The position numbers were made by a program, and so were the translations under genes. The notes below the pieces were generated by a model, which saw only the letters and a list, made by a program, of their open reading frames with translations, had not been told where the DNA came from and searched no databases. This document shows, in pieces, positions 52,415-64,000 of a stretch of 64,000 bases of DNA. This DNA is from Octopus vulgaris (taxonomy: Eukaryota). Positions within the stretch are counted from its first letter, which is position 1, and the number at the start of each line of letters is the position of its first letter. The stretch lies in assembly GCA_951406725.2 (NCBI GenBank), contig OX597815.1, positions 146,692,001 through 146,756,000 of the forward strand. The letters are read 5' to 3'.

Positions 52415-53320
52415 TACACACACACACTCATACACACAGATATGTACGCGTGTGTGGGAATATGTATGCATGTATATATGATTGTGATGATTGTAGGTAT
52501 ATATATATGTATATATATGTATTGTGTGTATATATATATATGTATATATCTATATCTATATCCATATATATGTAGTGTGTATTTATATATATATATATAT
52601 ATGTATACATATTTGTGATTGTGTGTGTGTGTATGTAGGTGTAGGTGTGAGTGGGTGTGTGTGTGTGTGTTCGCTTACGAATTCCTATTGATTTCACTTC
52701 TATTATCATAAAAATATTAAAAAAATATAACGAAAGAAAAATCTATCGGCATTTTTTTTTTTAGTAATTTCTTACTTACTCTTGTAGGTAATTTACTTTT
52801 CCGCACAGGTAGCTATCTTCAGTGAATATTATTGGTAGTATCTAAAAACAATTTACAAGAATGTTTTCGTAGCGATAATTGGCATTTTTGCTGTGGGGCT
52901 ATTTCTTTGATGTCTTACAAATAAGAAACGCGCAATTGTGAAGATAATTACGTATGAATGTTAGTCGAAGATATATTTCACTGATTCTGCTGTTAAATGA
53001 ATGCGATTCGTCGCGGAAACGGGATTCGATAAAAAAATTCTATTATTAATCACACTGAAAGACAACAGGAATATCTTATGTGCAGGTATCAACGTGCCCA
53101 CCTGTTCCTTCAATATAAACATTGATTTCATTTCACCGACTCTAGTATTTAATGACTTGTTGTAGGAGAGAAGCAATCTGGTTGTTTTCTCTGATATATG
53201 ACACATAAAAATGAAAATGGTTTTGGCAACACATCTATTCAGGCGAACTGTATAGTGGATGTATGGAACACAAACATGAAAACATTTTTGGCAAACCATC
53301 TGTATGCACGTACAGTGCAC
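48560..53320 (-). pseudogene. N-terminal and PKD-repeat-like exon remnants (about 49310-49700, 49950-50202, 50760-50845, 51175-51312, 52961-53320)
   Basis: LKTGDLIVW; YFTVKGNKLLSVNYCSFIVYDALE; DTEANYTIILG; FTFGKKGVAVH...INSLS; NNRIFLSNPVS; several AG acceptors. Confidence 0.42.
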
Positions 53321-53419
53321 AAAGACGTCAGTTAATGAAAATATTTCGTGTAGTAGTGCAATTTATTCAAGAGAAAATGTTCATCTGTGAGTTACTCACA
53401 TCACGATTGCCAACTCATC

Positions 53420-55260
<1,841 letters not shown>

Positions 55261-58200
55261 ACAGGTCCTTTCTTTGGCCCTAGTTAGAGTTTCTCTTGTA
55301 TCAGGAGGGTTGATTCATTCATGTTATCACTTTGTATATAATGTGTACTTTTATCGCATTTCACTAGTTTCTTCCATTTTTTCATCAGATCCCCTACGTA
55401 ACTCTCCACATAAATTGTTATCTGGCTCTGTGATATCACCCTCATCTATGACGCAGGGGCTAATAAAAGAAATTATTATAACTGTTATTATAAGGTCGAA
55501 ATAATACAGTTGATTAATTCATTGGGGAATATAAGAACTCTTTATTTTGTTGAGTCCAGAAAGTTGAGAGTTTAATCAAATACCAATTAAAAACAAACGT
55601 AAAAGAACATCCTTCAAAAACCTGAAGCCCTCATATCACCGCGTCCTCATTTTTTTCTCGACAGTGCAATTTGTTTTTCTTTTCATGCAACAATTTAAGT
55701 AGATTTATTCAGTAATACATTTATAACTTTTCGATTTTTTTTCTTTTTTATTCACATATTCTGTACATGTTTATGCATTTCTCTTTCAAATTTAAACATT
55801 TTGTACTTCTACTGCAAAAATATATCCCTTTGTTATAACTTGCATTTATGATATAACCCACCTCCAATACTAACCCCACAAAAGATTGTTTCTCTGTTCA
55901 CTATAATTTTAAGTAATCTTTTTAAATATATGATCTCACGAACGTGCAAAGTAGAATGATATCCAGTCATATGGTTACTTTTTCAGCTTTGAATTAACTA
56001 CATTGGCGTGTATTAATAGAAGCTACTGACTAATTTGTTTAACATTTTTAAATATATTCAACGAAGAAACTTTTCCTATCCATTCTTGCATGTTCAAATA
56101 TTGTTTCGTCTAAGACTATCCAATCAGATACAATGCAATCAATTCTTTCTTTCAGTATCGCCACACACATTCTCTATTTCTCTTTTATGTTCTGCTTCAT
56201 TATGTTGTTTCTGTGATTCGTTTAAAGTCGGCTTTCATTCAGTTCTGTAGTCAAACAAAATTAAGTCACTGGTTAAAGTCATGATTTTGTAATCCATTAT
56301 TGATTACGGTTTTCACTAAATTCTACGTCATCATTTAGCATTTTATTTAATGACAAGATAGTGACCAAAGTTTAACATCTTCAACGTGGCGTAAGGTATT
56401 ATTATACGGGGGTCCATGCGATAAAATTTTAATTGTAATTCCGAACGTTAGTTGAGGAAACGAACAGAAAAAGGACGGCACCTGATGTTCTAGAAAGTTG
56501 TTTTTATTTTGGCCCAGGTCATCTCTTGTCAAAGAGAAACAGTACGCCCTGCATGATTATTCCGTCGTTTTGAGGGTAAGTAGGGTTCCAATACATGATG
56601 TTTACCTCAGTTCCTTACTTTTGTATCGTGTTATTAAAAGAATATATCGTGATTATTCCTAGCAGTATAATCCACCATCAAGACGGTCTCTTCTTGTCGT
56701 ACATTCTGGTACAAAAATTTCCGTTTCTCTCAAACAAGAACTAAAAAACAAACTCTGCAATTATAAATGCAACCGCGATGCTGGTTACTGGACGTATGGG
56801 ATTATAGATTGAAGTGCCTTTTACATTTAACAGCTTCACAGCACAAGATGAATGCGTTTGGCAGATCTTGAAATGACAATTTATATATTATCATAATACA
56901 TTAAAATACGAGGGGATCAAGGCTAATTTTATGCTGTAATCGTCTTCGGTTTATACAATTTCCTTATCTGCATATCCCTTTAGTTTACATCATCATTTTT
57001 TCTTTACGCTTAATATACTATAAGGTGTGCACAATTTAAAACACAATAAAGCTTTACGCTTTGAGAGGCACACCAACAAATATGTTAAAATGCTTCGGCC
57101 CATATTTTATGAAATCACTCCTCAGAAATTGTAGCTTCTAATCTTTGGATAATCGTTAAAGTTAAATTCTGAACACCGGCAAAGAAACGCGGAGCAACGA
57201 TGAGTTATATATACTCAGCTACATGCATAAATATACATACACATGTGCATTTGTGAGTAAATACACGCGCGTGTGCACACTCACGCACATACATGTATAT
57301 CTACATATATACATATATAAACGCACATACATATATACATTCATACATAAATACATATATGTATTTATATGCATACATATATATGTATAGGCATTTAAAC
57401 TTGCGTAAATAAGAAATGAAGTCCAGGCATGTGCCACTCTCCACATCTTTGTTCATCGGTATTTATGTAATGAACCGAATAAATTTGTGCGTGACTGTAC
57501 GTCTGTGTGCGTGTACACACATAAGTTTCTTGGTCTCAGCCAATATCTGAAGCCATATCAAAATGTCAAACAATTTAGATATTTTGCGAGATAGGGAAAT
57601 TAGTGAGGCGGGAAAACTATCTATCTAGAGACCCTTTCAATTTAAAAACACATAACATTCCAATGTCATTTATGACAGCAGTCAACCGAATTGTGAGACA
57701 AGCTTTAATAATTCTATTCTTGAATTTCCATTTTCCATATTCTGAATCTAGTTATGAAGGAATAAAAAGGAAGGAAATTGACTGGCTACTTTATTCCAAC
57801 AATATCATTAACCTATGATTATATACTATATTATTAAAGTCTATTTTGAGAACGTTGGTTTGTGCGTGCAAGACTGCTGAACATAGAGAGATATAAAGAC
57901 ATGTAGGCAGTGAGATACGAAGATAAATCGGTTCGTATTTAAAGCGATGGACGGTTAGATTGATTCATAATACACAGACAAATTATTAAATTGATAGCTA
58001 TACATATATGCATGCATACATGCAAACATACACGCACATACACACACACATATATGCATACATATATGCAAACATACACGCACATACACACACATATATG
58101 CATACATATATATACATATACATATATATATATATATATATGCGTTTACTTATATACGGATATATATATATATATATATATGTATATACGTATGCATATA

Positions 58201-58919
58201 TGTGTATGATTTTATATACATACATACTTATCCATATATATCCCTATATATAGGTATGTATGTATACACATACTTATATAAATGTATGTCTGTATTTAAA
58301 ATTTGTAAAACACACGCATAAACACATACAAATGATGAATCTTTAGAGAATTGAAATTTTAAATAGGAATCTAGAATAGATTTCGAATAATTTTGCTTAA
58401 AGTTTTATGCGTTATATATCTGTTACTTCCTCTGCGAAAGACTTAAACAGTAAATGAAATTGCAGAATTTGTGTTCATGTGTCACCGAAAATTCGTCTTT
58501 CAACACATTTGTGGGAATTAGACGTGTGTTATCACATACAGTGTGATACTAAATAGAAACCATTTTGGATATCCAATCACATTTATGAATGTCAAACTAG
58601 AAACACACAAGTAATAGAGGCATTTAAACGAGAATGTATGAAATGCAATCTTACCGACAAACTGCAATCGTTCAACTGAATAGAAGATTCCTTACCTGCA
58701 ATAGAAACAATATATTTAAAATTAATAATTTATATTAGTATTGTATTAATATCAAATAGTCATAGGCTTTAATGATATACAATTACGTTTATGGAGGTAT
58801 TTGAATATGCTACTAAAACAATAAATGATGAGAAATACATAATATATATATTTATATATGTGTATATACTCATACACCGACACATACGCATAAACAGATA
58901 TATTTCATTCAACATGAAT

Positions 58920-59325
58920 TACTACTTTTAGTCATTGGACTGTGATGATGCTCTGGTGTCGGCATGAAGGGTTCTATCGAAGGAATTGACACTAGTAGTT
59001 TTAGAGTTTCATAAACAGAACAACACTGCTTGACAGGTAGATGGGAGAGCAGGTACAAACGCACACGCACATACAGACACGGACAAACAGACAGACGGAC
59101 GAACTGACACACCGACAAACACACGCACAAACGCACACACACGCACAAATGCACATGCACGCACATATATATACGACGAAGTTCCAAAGTTACCGTCTAC
59201 CAAATTCGATCAAAAGAAACATGTTTACCTGCGGCTACAGTCCAAGTGATTAGCGCCATACGATAATGTATAACCAGAAACTATATGCGTTCAAAGGGAG
59301 CTTCTTCACAACGCACTCAGGAATA
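58920..59325 (-). mobile_element. SINE family A, old copy
   Basis: ttttagtcattggactgtg...ctgcttgaca...tatacgacg...ccgtctaccaaatt. Confidence 0.62.
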
Positions 59326-59331
59326 TTAAAT

Positions 59332-59401
<70 letters not shown>

Positions 59402-59418
59402 CTATCTCTGCTTCTCCT

Positions 59419-59473
<55 letters not shown>

Positions 59474-59840
59474 TGGCACTCCGTCGGTCATGACGACGAG
59501 GGTTCTAGTTGATCCGATCAACGGAACAGACTGCTCGTGAAATTAACGTGTAAGTGGCTGAGCACTGCACAGGCACATGTACCCTTAACGTAGTTCTCGG
59601 GGAGATTCAGCGTGAAACACAGTGTCACAAGTTTGGCCCTTTGAAATACAGGTATAACAGAAACAGGACGAAACAATGGGAGAAAGTTGTGGTGAAGAGT
59701 ACAGCAAGATTCGCCGCAGCCTCGTGCAGCTTTAGGTGTTTTCGGTCAATAAACACTCAGAAAGCCCGGTCTGGGAATTGAAACTGCGATCCCACGACCG
59801 CGAGCCTGCTGCCATTACCAATAGGCCATTGCGCCTCCAC
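59474..59840 (-). mobile_element. SINE family C, full length (tRNA-derived head)
   Basis: ggaggcgcaatggcctattggtaatggcagcaggctcgcggtcgtgggatcgcagtttcaattcc ... gaccgacggagtgcca. Confidence 0.85.
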
Positions 59841-60618
59841 ACACACACACGCACATACACACACACACACACACCTAGAAACACATACACACCCCACACA
59901 TACATATTACATAATGGTGTATTTTTACCGTTATCAATCGTATTAATAATGTATTGATAAGGTGGCCAGCAAGTTCACATCGTTGGCCAATTTAGAACCG
60001 GAAAAGGTATATAATACTACTTGCTAAAATCAAGGGCAAGCCTCGTAACCACTATGAACTCACAATAAGATACACAAGAGCAATGCAATAAACATATTTG
60101 AAATAGGCTTAGCATTGCGTTGAATACATCAGTAAGTAAGAAAGTAACATATATATATATATATCTCAGTACGAATTGATTGAATAACCAGCATACTCTG
60201 AGATCTTCAATTGCAAATAACATTTTAACATTTATTTCTAGCATATTCACTACATTAGCTCTTGTGCGTTCTTTAGTTTAAACATCCCGCTCCATTTAAA
60301 GAAAACTATCATGAGCAAGAATAAATTTTGAATAAAGATGTATTATTACCGTTATTAATGCTATTAATAAAGTAATAGTAAGGTTGCAAACAGGTTCACT
60401 CGGTTACAAGCAGAATAAAATTTAGAATCATTAGGGCATATAATAGAAGTTCCTAAAATTAGAGCCAAGGCTCCAAAACCACAATAAACTCACAATACTT
60501 TTACACACAAGAAATACATAATACATGTTTATTGATGTATTCAACGCAAAGATAAGCTTATTTTCATTGCATACACACATGCACAAACATATAAAGAAAG
60601 GTAGAAACGTACATATAA

Positions 60619-60669
<51 letters not shown>

Positions 60670-61145
60670 GCCTTTGCTGTTATGTAATGGTGTAATAAAG
60701 TATTGATTGGGTACCCTCTGATGGTTGATGTTTGATTGATTTAAGTATGTTTCTCCATTTTCTAATTTTGTATATATATATATATATATATATGTGTGTA
60801 TATGTGTGTGTGTGTGTGTGTTTTGTGTGTGTTTATATAAATAATTAACATATATATACATAAATATATAATTAACTTATACATATAATTAGCTTATATA
60901 TATAAGCACACACACACTCACACATATATATATATATACATACACGATAACTCTCCATTCATTTTTTCCTAATTTATATGGATTATAATATATAACAAAG
61001 AAAGATAGCTAGATACATACATACTTACATACATAACGAAATTATTTATTTCTACATGGGTTAAAATACAGAAGATCTAACCAGCTTCTCTGATTTTCAG
61101 AAGATGCGATTGAAAGACATGGAGGTATGTCGCAACTGTCCTGGT

Positions 61146-61420
61146 TCAAAAATTCAAAAATTGGAATTCAAAAATTCTTTTGTTTTTATACAGAGAACAA
61201 TGGGTTAAATTAGTGTTTCCTATAAGATTTAAGTGACCAAAGATAATCACGTAAATAGATTTAGAAATTTTTTTAAGTTCCCCACTACATCCGTTCTTTA
61301 TGTCATGTGACAATATGTTTGTTGATGTTGAGTTGATGTGTCCAGTGACAGTCCCAAACAATGAAGATTCTCTGAATTAAATATCTCAGTTGTAGCAGAG
61401 TTTGATAATTCGACTTAGAG
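61146..61420 (-). pseudogene. WSC-like exon remnant (possible N-terminus of the polycystin gene)
   Basis: IKLCYN*...FG....G...SHDIKNGCSGELKKISKSIYVIIF (compare C...C.G.....CG....VY); several Cys lost. Confidence 0.3.
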
Positions 61421-61504
61421 AGTTTTCTAGCTTCCCTGCTACCTCCGTGCGTTATAAATATGTGACAATATTGTTGCCACAAAAATTTAGACGGATGCAT
61501 GTTT

Positions 61505-61653
61505 TGCAGTTTCCGTCTACCAAATTCTCTCAACAGGTTTTGGTCAGCCCGAAGCGCTAGTAGAAGACACTTGGCCAAGGCGCCTCGCAGTGGAACTGAA
61601 CTTGGAACCATATGGTTAGAAAGCAACTTCTTACCACACATCCACATCTGTGC
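61505..61653 (-). mobile_element. SINE family A 5' half
   Basis: cagtttccgtctaccaaatt...aagcaacttcttaccacaca. Confidence 0.85.
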
Positions 61654-62584
61654 CTATTACATATTTATTTGAAATGATAATCACAGGTTTATATCATTTT
61701 TCTCCTACGTACGTTTCAGCATTAGATGTTCCAAGTCCCGTCTTCCTCAGAGAAAGCTTTATTGCATTATGTTGTACAGATCAAATGATTATCTGTAGTG
61801 GTTTAACATCTAGTTGCATTAGGAGCAACCAGTAAGTATTTGCAAATAACAACAATGGAAAAAACTTATGCCGGGAAAATTACATAAACTTGTTTTCATT
61901 ATAATTTCTCCAGCATTTGCTCTGTATACCATATGCAGTAAGACTACTAAGTACACTAGAAACCACATCACTAAACTAGAAGCAGAGAGGATGATGATAC
62001 TCTACATGGAGTTCTAATCTCAACAGAAGCAGTTGTACATCTAATTGTTCACAAGATATTATATATTTATTTACGCGTGTGTATGTGAGTATTTATGTGC
62101 GTGTGTGTGTGGGGGGGTATGCAGCTTACTTTTATGTAGCAATTTGATATTTTCATTGTATAATATTAAGCGTAGCTGCGCCGCTATCATATGAAATCAT
62201 TGATTATTGTGAAAGTCAAATAAATGTTAATGTTCTAATTAAAGAGTTTGTACTAGATACAAAGATTAGAGGTTATCTACTACTGTATACACATAATTTA
62301 ATTATTGAACTTATGCGTCATGAAGTATATTATAGATTAATTGAAAGAAATTTGGTAAATTCTTGTTGCTATCGTTGTTGCAATTCTTTTCCACGATTGA
62401 CCAGTGTGAACAGATCTATGGTCAAAGCATTTTGATCTTGGTCAAACTTGTGTTTCTCCAAAATATAATGCTATATGAACCATGTTGTCTACAATATTAA
62501 AATGTGATCAATGACATATATAACTGCTATTGCTGCACGTTGAGGAACTACGGAGAAAGAAAGGTAATATTTTAACGCCTTTAG

Positions 62585-62800
62585 TGCGGGGAGCGGGCTG
62601 AATCATTAGCAAGCCGGGTAAAATGGTTAGCGGCATTTAGTCTGTCACTAGTTTTTGAGTTCCAATTCCATCGAGGTAAAATTTACCTTTCATCTTTCCG
62701 GAATCAAAAGAATATTTAACTGCTGAGAATCGGGATTGATTTCATCGGCTCATCCCCACCCTTAAAATGCTGACCTTGTGCCAAAATTTCAGACCAATAT
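62585..62800 (+). mobile_element. SINE family B
   Basis: gagcgggctgaatcattagcaagccggg...gaccttgtgccaaaattt. Confidence 0.78.
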
Positions 62801-63193
62801 TGTAACACCTTGGTGCGTTGTAATATATACACATATAAAATGATTTTTGATTTAACTGAGTGAAACGATATGAAGGAAACTTCACTTGTATTAGGCTTGT
62901 AATGAGGATCTAAATTTCAAATATGGTTGCATATAGAGTCAATAACACTGATTGATTGTTTAGAATAAAAAATATAATTAATTACTGTGTCGGAAATGCG
63001 GTGGAAAATATTAGTCCTAGCCGGACGTTCTATTTTTATTGTCCATTTCGTATTATCTCGGAAAGATAAAATAATGAAAATATTTTATGGTGTAATCGTG
63101 TCAAATATAAGAATACAGGCATGATACATATATTATCTGTGAAGGAGTGCAAGTGTATATGGGTGGATGTATGTATGTATGTATGTATGTTTT

Positions 63194-63226
<33 letters not shown>

Positions 63227-63279
63227 CTCTATCTATCTATCACTATCTACTTATCTATCAATCTATCTATATGTATATA

Positions 63280-63694
63280 TTTTCTTTTACTTCTTTCAGT
63301 CATTTTATTGCGGTCATGGTGCAGCACCACCATTAGTCGAACAAATCGGCACAAGGACTTATTATTTGTAAACCTACTACTTATTCTATCGATCTCCTTT
63401 CCCGAATCAATAAATTATGCGGACGTAAACACACCAGTATCAGTTGTTATGCGATGGTGAGGGGACAAGCACATACACAAAACATATAGATATAGATAGA
63501 TACATAGATATATATATATATATATATGTATATACGACGGGATTCTTTCGGTTCCCGTCTACCCTATCCACTCACAAGGCTTTGGTCGGGCCGGACGACA
63601 GAAGAAGACACTAACCAAGGTGCGATGAAGTGGACTGAACACGGAACCATGTGGTTGGGAAGCAAGCTTCTTACCACACAGCCACGCATGCGCC
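63280..63694 (-). mobile_element. SINE family A
   Basis: Reverse complement matches 47523-47936. Confidence 0.88.
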
Positions 63695-63765
63695 TATATA
63701 TATGTGTGTGTGTGTATAAATATATATATATATATGTGTATATGAGTATGTATATGTATGTATGA

Positions 63766-63815
<50 letters not shown>

Positions 63816-64000
63816 TTATATATATGTATATCTATAAGTTTAAACATCTTAATCTATATAATAATGTTGTATTTTGAAAATTAATATCTTGGTGCGTTAA
63901 ATCAGAATTTCAAATCTTTTTAGTTCATAATTTTGTAGTTACTGTAAAACATCAGTATATTAGTACTCTACTTTTGCTTCCGAATATCCAGAGGGTTCGC

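Overview
Very AT-rich, microsatellite-dense eukaryotic DNA. The SINE, LINE and Penelope repertoire looks like a coleoid cephalopod (Octopus-like) genome; this is inferred from repeat content only. I see no intact protein-coding gene: nearly all ORFs in the track are microsatellite read-throughs, transposon fragments or antisense shadows. The main hidden structure is on the minus strand. Manual translation of the unique segments between repeats gives a collinear series of decayed, mostly GT-AG-bounded exons resembling a very large polycystin-1 (PKD1-like) gene. From about 61.4 kb down to position 1 the order is: WSC-like, many PKD-repeat-like, REJ, GAIN/GPS, TM1, PLAT, TM2-5, TOP loop, channel S2-S6, and then apparently a second TM/TOP module. 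Most exons carry stops or frameshifts, so this reads as an unprocessed pseudogene. Its introns hold two HERO-like REL LINE copies, R4/Dong-like LINE pieces, an L1/Tx1 3' end, Penelope-like (GIY-YIG) remnants, mariner fragments, MITEs and three SINE families. There are also several minimal hammerhead-ribozyme motifs, some with variant cores. All homology calls are by-eye motif matches, not database searches, and many coordinates are approximate.
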